Shown here: piece by piece, positions 21,501 through 28,678 of the stretch
Layout: each line of letters starts with the position of its first letter
Position numbering within the stretch: the stretch's first letter is position 1
Notes under the pieces: generated by a model
Database searches by the model: none
Told to the model about the DNA's origin: nothing
What the model saw: the letters and a program-made list of their open reading frames with translations, nothing else
From: a virus
Lineage: Duplodnaviria; Caudoviricetes
Length of the DNA stretch: 55,997 bases
Reading direction: 5' to 3' (one strand)
IMG/VR virus record: IMGVR_UViG_3300030330_001659
Span: 1-55,997 of that record
Translations under genes and position numbers: made by a program

Positions 21501-22160
21501 ATAGATGGTGCCTGGATGAATAGAATGTTTACTGGTAAATCGTTTGCGCAGTTAAAGCGTAACTACATGCTACCTATTATGGATGCTGTTAAGACAGATC
21601 TAGATGGAGCAGCAAAAGTACGTGATCTTGCTAATAAAAATTGGTGGGATGTTATCAACGAGTATTCTTATGTCGACAGTATTATGGGAGACTGGACACC
21701 CGGAGCTATAGAAAGGTTTAGAACCAAGCTCAAAAATATCGGGGATACTAAGGTTGAAATAAGTATGGATAATGAATATAGAGGATTTTTCTTTCTATTA
21801 CATGATCTTGAAAAAACACCTCCTATTTTTGATTCGGGTAATCTTATAAAAACTTTGTATGATACTATGGAGCACCCTCCTAGAAAACAAGGAGTAGCCG
21901 TTGGAAAATACGAAGCGTTTAAAAAATCTAGAGCAGCAAAAGCTGCAGATAAATTACTTCCTAATGCTGCAAGAGCACAAGGAAGAACGTTAAATGAACT
22001 AACTGGTGATCAAATGTTAAGATTGTTTGACAATATTATAGGACCTAATGGCTTAAACCTTGAGTCGCGCAATCGTCAAACAATGAAAGATGTCGGTGAA
22101 GCTAAAAATAAACTTACGAGAGCCGCTAAGGGCTCCCGTATATTGCAAATAGATATGTAA
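18585..22160 (+). CDS. N4-like virion RNA polymerase (stand-alone, mini-vRNAP-sized, ~1190 aa)
   Basis: Ordered motifs SRMH..RFNPQ, VELDGKTHGP (A), RDNFLKKPPMTLAYG (B), IPAVIQGIDG and LPIMDAV (C); last gene of the ejection cluster; ATG 18585 has a GGAG RBS (the ORF track starts at TTG 18573). Confidence 0.8.
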   Translation: MATRINPQSGLMEFVKEREATGAVLDERLRNKTPVESLQQEGPATLAVKPQPIRPTPAPFVLPEEQKGRVDQTAARDRFAQQIAQQDAARLAQTAELQREAERVKPISEIEPDVKEFDAYENDGFGEAITRSNKYIQLLYDKLESGATVTGAYLSPAQGLPIAAGLSPVEAGEASGQSINVNSTKGILFDPKGFNAGKIRGDDVTQVDPLFARVMSIMTERFIYQNQYNAKPDQQTDNTDDFTEATLRETDQVKLTDEGKLRRGLGNQQLGREIYRAWKREQNIAQGRPSDEYTMKGVTGDQFETIGTLAKEMYHAANPELYNRISDSFNRTVEYELTTTGAAAMEAAEKASPAIFTGYEIKPSSAPRSKLALTESGLGEGAKYRKTKTTSVVDRKMAEIEEAAENMHSVAHGVDPLRRKLYIQIAVQVLTGMKDRTRPPELGDLLKIGPAKFIAFKGEYAKKQQDDPNPDYNPAFEMEKQVTRFIESLNTIGTYSNKANHLDFAVQELQSRMHATQTRFNPQLVPWIRFVTGGIRPPTVNPNANTPATVMFKELMAKHFLPGADKLLPENRVAAFDTEWNSPNHGAFANIVADGKGIADSLLTPEQDQDAITKLKQIKLTEKGVTVPPELANIPRLTIGDSLKSKAIGEELEGLNLIEAAHELYQFDKAQKNNTTFKSNISVELDGKTHGPASNLMQLGSMKAAFRAGVLRREGATKNLDTIPIKELYQGAQTDDELAAGDIRDGMKYFMEENGDKHAQNYLPNNAASAHLVSILKLALKDRDNFLKKPPMTLAYGQLLKNLDAAIYETVFTGPQSVAIRNIINGNSDLPSILDKKIQQKMDAEGGMLIPSREDMVVEFLHDILADSIDAELDPGVVQVGQLLRANNVVAMLSDEVIKVKNAIGIDNYIGAKSSVMKDVEGNIGVVFGDTSNVKRAGNVPLYRSMPSGSAIREGKPGGWGRGRIIPAVIQGIDGAWMNRMFTGKSFAQLKRNYMLPIMDAVKTDLDGAAKVRDLANKNWWDVINEYSYVDSIMGDWTPGAIERFRTKLKNIGDTKVEISMDNEYRGFFFLLHDLEKTPPIFDSGNLIKTLYDTMEHPPRKQGVAVGKYEAFKKSRAAKAADKLLPNAARAQGRTLNELTGDQMLRLFDNIIGPNGLNLESRNRQTMKDVGEAKNKLTRAAKGSRILQIDM
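22104..22140 (-). terminator. Possible intrinsic terminator of the minus arm, inside the 3' end of the vRNAP gene
   Basis: 10-bp stem at 22115-22140 with one G-U pair on the minus strand, followed by AGTTTATTTTT. Confidence 0.35.
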
Positions 22161-22340
22161 CTAACCACATATATCAGAGTGGTATAGGTGATATAAGTCA
22201 TTTTGCTCTACGTATTTCTTTATAAAGCTTTGAGTATAATGTATCTCACTGCCATTAAGAAACACAATGCCATATTTATATATGAAAGCAATGTCTTCTT
22301 CATCTATACCTATTTGCCCATTGTTTTTTATCTTAATCAT
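22161..22340 (-). CDS. Hypothetical protein, 59 aa
   Basis: Hand-translated MIKIKNNGQIGIDEED...; starts 2 nt after the RNAP stop and fills the gap exactly up to the vRNAP stop. Confidence 0.55.
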   Translation of the reverse strand: MIKIKNNGQIGIDEEDIAFIYKYGIVFLNGSEIHYTQSFIKKYVEQNDLYHLYHSDICG

Positions 22341-22342
22341 GA

Positions 22343-24706
22343 TTATGAAAAGAAGTAGTCGCTATCTTGTATAGCTTCTACATCTAACTCCCCTAGTTTA
22401 TAGTTGTAATTAAAGTTTTCAGGTTCTAGCAATAGCATTTCTGCTATATCCTTATAGAAATCCTTATGATTGTACATTTTAATGAACACTTCTTTAGTTA
22501 AACTTAATAAGCTAGCTACATCACAAGCGTGAGTAGAAAATGAATCATGAATTGCAGCAAAGTCACCGTCCCAATGATGGATAATAAGTGCCATATGAGC
22601 TGCGTCCATACTATGTATGAAGTTAGGGCTTATACCTGATGCAAAGCCACCAGGACTAGGTATCTTTTTACCATACACTAGCCTATGTTCTTTGCCTACG
22701 TGTTGTATCCTCATATCAGAGATCCAGCTTTTCCACTTTACGTCTTCCATTACGTAGTTTTCATAACGTACTGGGAAGCCGGAAGGCGTAGTCCATTCGA
22801 CAACTGGCTCTTTCAAGTCAGATATTATGTGATTTGCTATTGCCTGTAGGTAACTCATAGTCTCGAGTGGACCTGGACACACCTCATCTATAGCTTTTAT
22901 TAAGTTATATGACAAGTCGGTACAGTCACTCATAGTAATATCGTACTTACTATGGAATCCTTCGGCATAACAATCAGCATACATGTTCAAAGCTATGGCT
23001 AAGTGGCCCGCAGAGTACGCTCTAGTCATCGCTCCGCGTTTCGATATACCTTTCCTTATGTGTTTCATAGGCATGTCTCTCTGCGCGAACCAGTCAGGTA
23101 CGCGAGATATCAATGCTTTAGCTGTTTGCACATAAAAGTCCTTAGGTATATCAGTTTTTACTAAACCTACTAGCTCACCTGCCTTTTTATCCTTAGATAT
23201 AGCAGCAAGGTGTTGCCAACCATTATTAGAACCATCAATAGGAATAGGTAGGCTTAAGTAATACACGCCACTTTCCTCTTTTTGATCCCATAAACCACAC
23301 CACGCTTTACAACAAGCAAGAAAGCTTACGCCTTTTTCTGCTTTGTCGTGTATAGTACGGTTATTCCAGGTGTTTCTAATGAAATCCTCATTATGAATTA
23401 CCCATTTTACCCTATCATCGATAGTCATTTTGTCGACTGATATGTCTGTAAGTCCTTCATCTTCAAGATGTGACTTGTAATCAGCTTCACACCAGTCAGG
23501 TATGTTATCGATAGTATAAGATTGGTTGTACGTACAAGCCGTATGTACAGCAAAATAGTATAAACCCTCTTCAGTCATCGGTTTTGCATTAGCAAATTTG
23601 AGTAGACCACGTTCCATATCTTTACCTTGATAGTTTAAATATGACTCACGGTAGTATAGCCTGCCACGATAGTCTGCATCTACATACTGAAAGAAGACTT
23701 TATCCTTTAATGCTTCGGCTTTCTGTATAGTCATGTTGTATGCATCAAACTTACTACGGTTTTTAAGTAATACTAACTTAGCATTCCAGTGAGTAGCAGC
23801 TTCATCATACTTAGCCTGAGCTTTTTCCAATAGCTTTTTGTTAGGCTTATTACGTAGCTTGTTAGTTAAACGTCGTAACTCGCTGTAATATTTCTTTTCC
23901 AAAGACTTATTGCCTAACTCTGGTTTAAAGACGGTATTATTCCAGTATAAGTCTTTGCCTTGTAACTCATCGTTGTTACCAAAAATGCAGTAACGGTAGT
24001 TCTTACCGGTCTCATCTGATACCTTTAAGGTTTCAGTTACAAACTTACGTTTGTTTTTCTTTACTGCTTCCAAGATGTCGTTATCAATAGTCCATGCTGT
24101 TCGTTGCAGCTTGTTTATTGCATTAACAAATGGTTGATCTAACAGATCCTTGAAATCTTGGTCCTTATCATATCCCCAATGCTTAATAACAGGATGTCCG
24201 TTTTCCTGAAACAAATGATGGACACGATTAATTTTAGTAAATGAGGTATTTTGTATTAGTTCATTGACTACATCAGACGGTAATGATCCTATTTGTAACC
24301 ACTTATCTGATGTTTCAATCATGTACGGTGCCCGGCTAAATGGCTTTTTACCTACCGGGTTTTTCTCCCATTCAACTTGCGCTTCAGTAGGAGCTCTAAA
24401 TATTTTTATGTAACCACATTCATAAAAACCTTCTAGAACTAGGTCGCCGACTGTTACGTCGGCTCTAAATCCTAGCTCTACACCTTGTCTTAATAATACG
24501 TTTTTGCCTATTGCAACTGAAGCTGCAGTAAGTTTACACGTAGCTGACTCAGATGTAGACGTTTTTCTAAAGTGATATTGTAGTATAGTTAATGCATCAT
24601 ACACCAGCTGTTTAGGCTGTAACTCATGTTCGAGTACTAGCTTCACTGCCCATCGTTGAGGCGTGCTGAGTATCTTCTGCTCTAGATAATCTATTATATT
24701 CTGCAT
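22343..24706 (-). CDS. T7/T3-type single-subunit DNA-directed RNA polymerase
   Basis: DYRGRLY, IDGSNNGWQH (A), KRGAMTRAY (B), PNFIHSMDAAH and IHDSF (C); 787 aa in a single chain. Confidence 0.95.
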   Translation of the reverse strand: MQNIIDYLEQKILSTPQRWAVKLVLEHELQPKQLVYDALTILQYHFRKTSTSESATCKLTAASVAIGKNVLLRQGVELGFRADVTVGDLVLEGFYECGYIKIFRAPTEAQVEWEKNPVGKKPFSRAPYMIETSDKWLQIGSLPSDVVNELIQNTSFTKINRVHHLFQENGHPVIKHWGYDKDQDFKDLLDQPFVNAINKLQRTAWTIDNDILEAVKKNKRKFVTETLKVSDETGKNYRYCIFGNNDELQGKDLYWNNTVFKPELGNKSLEKKYYSELRRLTNKLRNKPNKKLLEKAQAKYDEAATHWNAKLVLLKNRSKFDAYNMTIQKAEALKDKVFFQYVDADYRGRLYYRESYLNYQGKDMERGLLKFANAKPMTEEGLYYFAVHTACTYNQSYTIDNIPDWCEADYKSHLEDEGLTDISVDKMTIDDRVKWVIHNEDFIRNTWNNRTIHDKAEKGVSFLACCKAWCGLWDQKEESGVYYLSLPIPIDGSNNGWQHLAAISKDKKAGELVGLVKTDIPKDFYVQTAKALISRVPDWFAQRDMPMKHIRKGISKRGAMTRAYSAGHLAIALNMYADCYAEGFHSKYDITMSDCTDLSYNLIKAIDEVCPGPLETMSYLQAIANHIISDLKEPVVEWTTPSGFPVRYENYVMEDVKWKSWISDMRIQHVGKEHRLVYGKKIPSPGGFASGISPNFIHSMDAAHMALIIHHWDGDFAAIHDSFSTHACDVASLLSLTKEVFIKMYNHKDFYKDIAEMLLLEPENFNYNYKLGELDVEAIQDSDYFFS

Positions 24707-25055
24707 TCATTCTCCTTGTTTTGCGAAAAGGATTCTGAGCTACATTAAGTAAGTCAGATCCCTTTCTTAGGCAACATTTTATCTCATGAGCTTCTACAAT
24801 AGTAGCTTCTTTGTCGGTCATTTGACCGCCTTTTATCTTAACAATATCTTGTATCTTGTAGTTATCAAGCTTATCTAGTAACCACACATGATGGTCATAA
24901 CTGCGGTTTGTAATCTGATAAGCTCGATGTAATGTACCTTTACCTACGTAAATTACTTCATCAGTCTCTGGGTCTTGATGGAAGTAAACACAATACATAT
25001 CTTCAGGATACCTAATAACTTCATTAGTGTTTTCTCTTATTTCAATGTTTCGCAT
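24624..25055 (-). CDS. GIY-YIG family endonuclease-like protein
   Basis: YCVYFH...IYVGKG..RAY, EA...E and LLN motifs. Confidence 0.7.
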   Translation of the reverse strand: MRNIEIRENTNEVIRYPEDMYCVYFHQDPETDEVIYVGKGTLHRAYQITNRSYDHHVWLLDKLDNYKIQDIVKIKGGQMTDKEATIVEAHEIKCCLRKGSDLLNVAQNPFRKTRRMNAEYNRLSRAEDTQHASTMGSEASTRT

Positions 25056-25489
25056 TCATGCACCTCCACACCATTATCTAATAAAAACTTTAATGCTTCT
25101 AACTCAGGTACTCGTTTACCGTTCTTATTAGATTTATACATTTCAGCATATATCATTCGCTTTATGCCTGCTTGTAATATAAGTTTAGTGCAGTCTTTAC
25201 AAGGTGAATGTGTTAAGTATAGCGTAGCATCTTCAGAAGAAGAAGTCGAAGCTGCTAGTTTAGTTATTGCATTTGTTTCTGCATGTACTAATTCCCATTT
25301 AGTATTACCATTAGCATCTCTTGTAGCGTTGTCCATACCATGAGGTGTACCATTCCAGCCATAGCTAAGGATCTTATTACCCCTAGCTATTACTGCACCT
25401 ACCTTGAAATGTTCATCACGAGATCTAAGAGCTACAACTCTAGCAATGTTCATGTACATCGCATCGTCCTTAGATAATTTCAAAGCCAT
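25037..25489 (-). CDS. dCMP deaminase
   Basis: KVGAVI, GWNG, HAETNAI and PCKDC zinc motifs. Confidence 0.93.
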   Translation of the reverse strand: MALKLSKDDAMYMNIARVVALRSRDEHFKVGAVIARGNKILSYGWNGTPHGMDNATRDANGNTKWELVHAETNAITKLAASTSSSEDATLYLTHSPCKDCTKLILQAGIKRMIYAEMYKSNKNGKRVPELEALKFLLDNGVEVHECETLK

Positions 25490-27095
25490 CTCCTTTCTCT
25501 AGTCTACCAGTATGTTGGTTGTATTTGCTGTTGCCAGCTGGTCCTGTTAAGCCGGTATACCTAGATTTAAGAACTGAAAACTGAATCTTATTACGATCAG
25601 ATTCGTTTACAGCTACTAGGTTTCTTGAAAAAGCAATAATATCAAATGATATTTGTTTAATACTACCGCTGCCTTTGATGTCGTCGATAGAAGCCATGTT
25701 GCCTTCTTCGAATGCACCGCCGCCTGACTTACGTAGGTGGCTTACAATACCCAGCCATACGTTATGCTTCTTTACTACCTTTAGTAAATCACTCATAACT
25801 TTATCTACTGCTTCATTACCTGATAGTCCTTCACTACCTTCTGATACTGCAATAGTAATATGGTCTAGAAATAAATACTTGCATCCCATAAGAGCCATGT
25901 ACTCTATCTTATCTATTAAAGAGCTATCATCAACAGAGCCTTGATGGTCTAGTAATATAAGTCGTTCATCACTAAACACAGATTCAAAGCCAATGCGTAG
26001 TTCTTCTGCAGTAATAGGTATATCACCACCAACACGTTTATTAAGAGGCATACCAATAAACTTTTCAGCTGTGTCACCTACGCTTTCTTCCAAAGATATA
26101 AGACCAATACGATCTACTTGAGTTGTACGAAGTAAATGCCATACAATCTCTTTGATGACGGTAGATTTACCTGAGCCTGTGCCACTAGTAAATAAAGTAA
26201 TTTCACCTTGCCTCATACCTTTAAGCTTTTCGTTAAGACCATTTAGGCAAGGAGGATAAGGTATTGACTCAGTGTTTTGCCTTTCTATAAACTTATCCCA
26301 TATAGGTTCACCACTAAGTATGCCAGCTGGATTATACTTTTGTGCATTCCATATTACGTTAGTAACTTCTTTTGCACCATGTTTCATGTATAAATCACTA
26401 GCATCTTTCTGGTCTGATGATACTACTTTTACTTTATCAAAGCCAATAATTTTACTAGCTTCAGTTATAGCTTTGATACCAGCTTTGTCATTATCAAACC
26501 ATAGTATAACAGATTCAAATCGTCTAATCCATTCACGTTGTTCTAACAATACTTGTAGCTGGTTAGCAGACGGTATAGATACAACAGGATATATTCTCTT
26601 GTTAAAATCTAAGCAAGCTTGTGCTACTGTTAGTGCATCTATTTCGCCTTCGGTAATGACTAGCATTCTGCCGCCTGTAAATTTATCTTGACCAAAAAGC
26701 TTTTTAGCTTTGCCAATCATTCTAAACTCTTTAGGTAGTATACGTATCTTGTAGCAATCATCTCCATATGGATAGAAATGTGCTGGCTTATCATCGTATT
26801 GATGTGTCTTAACACCAAAGTATTTAGCTACATCTTCCGAAATATTTCTGCTAGGCATACCAAAACAAGGATACTTATGAATATCGAGGACGTCCAGTTG
26901 TCCATTATTATTTGTATCGGCATTGGGTCCATTACTAGTTACTCCTTTTACTTTTGTAAATATTTTCGCATCTTCATTACGATACGTCCCACATGCGAAG
27001 CAATATGTGTGATTGTCGGTAGAGTCAAACATCACACCATCAGAGCTTCCACAATCTTCGCAAGGATAGCGCTTATTGTCTACATAGTTGTTCAA
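25470..27095 (-). CDS. T7 gp4-like primase-helicase
   Basis: CEDC..CFAC zinc finger; TOPRIM EGEIDA and FDND; Walker A GTGSGKS; LDHI; IKGSGSIKQ. Confidence 0.95.
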   Translation of the reverse strand: MNNYVDNKRYPCEDCGSSDGVMFDSTDNHTYCFACGTYRNEDAKIFTKVKGVTSNGPNADTNNNGQLDVLDIHKYPCFGMPSRNISEDVAKYFGVKTHQYDDKPAHFYPYGDDCYKIRILPKEFRMIGKAKKLFGQDKFTGGRMLVITEGEIDALTVAQACLDFNKRIYPVVSIPSANQLQVLLEQREWIRRFESVILWFDNDKAGIKAITEASKIIGFDKVKVVSSDQKDASDLYMKHGAKEVTNVIWNAQKYNPAGILSGEPIWDKFIERQNTESIPYPPCLNGLNEKLKGMRQGEITLFTSGTGSGKSTVIKEIVWHLLRTTQVDRIGLISLEESVGDTAEKFIGMPLNKRVGGDIPITAEELRIGFESVFSDERLILLDHQGSVDDSSLIDKIEYMALMGCKYLFLDHITIAVSEGSEGLSGNEAVDKVMSDLLKVVKKHNVWLGIVSHLRKSGGGAFEEGNMASIDDIKGSGSIKQISFDIIAFSRNLVAVNESDRNKIQFSVLKSRYTGLTGPAGNSKYNQHTGRLEKGDGFEII

Positions 27096-27453
27096 TATTT
27101 ATCTCCAGTTTCTCCTCGCCTCTTTTGACAAGGTGTTTATGTGCTTCTATTTCATAACAATATCTGTCGTTCCACTCAAATACTTTTTGCAACGCATCTA
27201 AAGACGGTTTAAGTACGTTATCTAGGTCTGACGCTCTGTTACTAAAGAAAGCGTTAAATACTATCTTAATGTCGGCAGCCCTTTCGAACTGCCAACTTTG
27301 ATCTTCAGTAGCTTCTTTGAATCGTTCAAGAAACTCCTTGTACTCTTTGGTCGGGTACGTCTGCGTGAAGTTCCTTCCGTCCTTCGTTCGTATCGCTCGT
27401 ATCCCTTCCATTCGGTTTGCGCTCATTGGCTTTCCCGGTATAACGATCTTCAT
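27073..27453 (-). CDS. rusA: RusA-like Holliday junction resolvase
   Basis: PMSAN and DLDNVLKPSLDAL..ND motifs; ATG start at 27453 (the ORF track extends to 27468). Confidence 0.8.
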   Translation of the reverse strand: MKIVIPGKPMSANRMEGIRAIRTKDGRNFTQTYPTKEYKEFLERFKEATEDQSWQFERAADIKIVFNAFFSNRASDLDNVLKPSLDALQKVFEWNDRYCYEIEAHKHLVKRGEEKLEINIEQLCRQ

Positions 27454-28144
27454 AATTCCACTCCTCAAGATCCCATGTACGTTTCATGTAAATTAAGTTA
27501 CCAACCATATTAAGCTGCTTTTCCCAGCCTTTACCATATAGTCGTTGCCATATATCTACTACAGTATCCATACGATTATCATATGTAGTTTCAGCAAGAG
27601 CTTTCTGTGCTGTCTTGATACCATAACCTTTCTTTACTTTAGGTATATCATCGCCGTTGTCACCTATAAGTAGTTGTGTACAGAAGTTCATGTCAGCTGT
27701 ATCATCATCTACAAAGTAAATCTGTTTAGAGTTGTAGTTGTAATGGTTACCTGCAACTTGATTTATGTCTTTATCAATGTGTGCAATTACAAAGTCTTGT
27801 TCTGCTTCTCTAGCTTCATGAGCCCATATGCAAACTACATCATCAGCTTCCATACCATCTGCTTGTACGGCAGACCAGTCTTTAAGTAGATAAGCATGAG
27901 CATCATTAAGACGCTCTTTTAGTTTCTCTTCTAGTTCGGTATTTTTACGAGAAGATTTGTAGTCAGAGTAAACATCATATCTAAAGTTACCCTTACCTTT
28001 TACAGTAATGTAGACTTCATCAGCAAAACAATCTGCTATAGAGTCTTCAATTATTTTACGAGTAACAACTCGTGTTTCATGTTTACTGCTTTGAGTACAA
28101 GCAGCTTTAAACATAATACTATCGGCATCAATAAATAATTTCAT
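27326..28144 (-). CDS. 5'-3' exonuclease (T7 gp6/RNase H-like)
   Basis: IDADS, NFR...YKSSR, EADD, DKD and GDNGDDIP motifs. Confidence 0.9.
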   Translation of the reverse strand: MKLFIDADSIMFKAACTQSSKHETRVVTRKIIEDSIADCFADEVYITVKGKGNFRYDVYSDYKSSRKNTELEEKLKERLNDAHAYLLKDWSAVQADGMEADDVVCIWAHEAREAEQDFVIAHIDKDINQVAGNHYNYNSKQIYFVDDDTADMNFCTQLLIGDNGDDIPKVKKGYGIKTAQKALAETTYDNRMDTVVDIWQRLYGKGWEKQLNMVGNLIYMKRTWDLEEWNYEDRYTGKANERKPNGRDTSDTNEGRKELHADVPDQRVQGVS

Positions 28145-28290
28145 GTAATGTCCTTATATTTATCGCGTTTACGGTTATACTTTTTCTTATCAGGTATAAC
28201 CTGTTTAGCTTTCCTTTCACGCAGCATTGCTTTTGCTACTGGGTTTATTAATGGAAGCTTTATTTTTATTGGAACTCTTGGAACTCTCAT
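28141..28290 (-). CDS. Small basic conserved phage protein, 49 aa
   Basis: Hand-translated ...INPVAKAMLRERKAKQVIPDKKKYNRKRDK...; its stop overlaps the exonuclease start (ATGA). Confidence 0.65.
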   Translation of the reverse strand: MRVPRVPIKIKLPLINPVAKAMLRERKAKQVIPDKKKYNRKRDKYKDIT

Positions 28291-28678
28291 AATAAATCTC
28301 CGGTTTAGGCCAACAATTATTTAAGTAAACCACGTCAGCCTCATATACTGCATCACCTGTATCTACATCTACAAATGTAGAAAAGTAATACGGGTTGTAC
28401 ATTGCTTGTTGTGCATGAAGCATTCTATGGTTAGTATGAGTGCTATCAGCAGCAAGATCATACTTATTACCTAATACGAACCCTCTTATAAAAGCATGTA
28501 CGTTTTTCTTCTTTTCTTTAAGAACCCTTGCTCGACCAGCAGGTTGTACTGCAAACTTACAGTTATGTAAGGTTAGTAGGTTAGTATGAAACCATACTCT
28601 ACCTGCGTGTCTTACTGAAAAGGTTTTCTTATGTAGGTTATAATATACTTCAACCCACGTGTTATATCCTAAGCTCAT
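28217..28678 (-). CDS. Conserved hypothetical phage protein
   Basis: VYYNLHKKTFSV and GRARVLKEKKKNVHAF motifs. Confidence 0.75.
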   Translation of the reverse strand: MSLGYNTWVEVYYNLHKKTFSVRHAGRVWFHTNLLTLHNCKFAVQPAGRARVLKEKKKNVHAFIRGFVLGNKYDLAADSTHTNHRMLHAQQAMYNPYYFSTFVDVDTGDAVYEADVVYLNNCWPKPEIYYESSKSSNKNKASINKPSSKSNAA

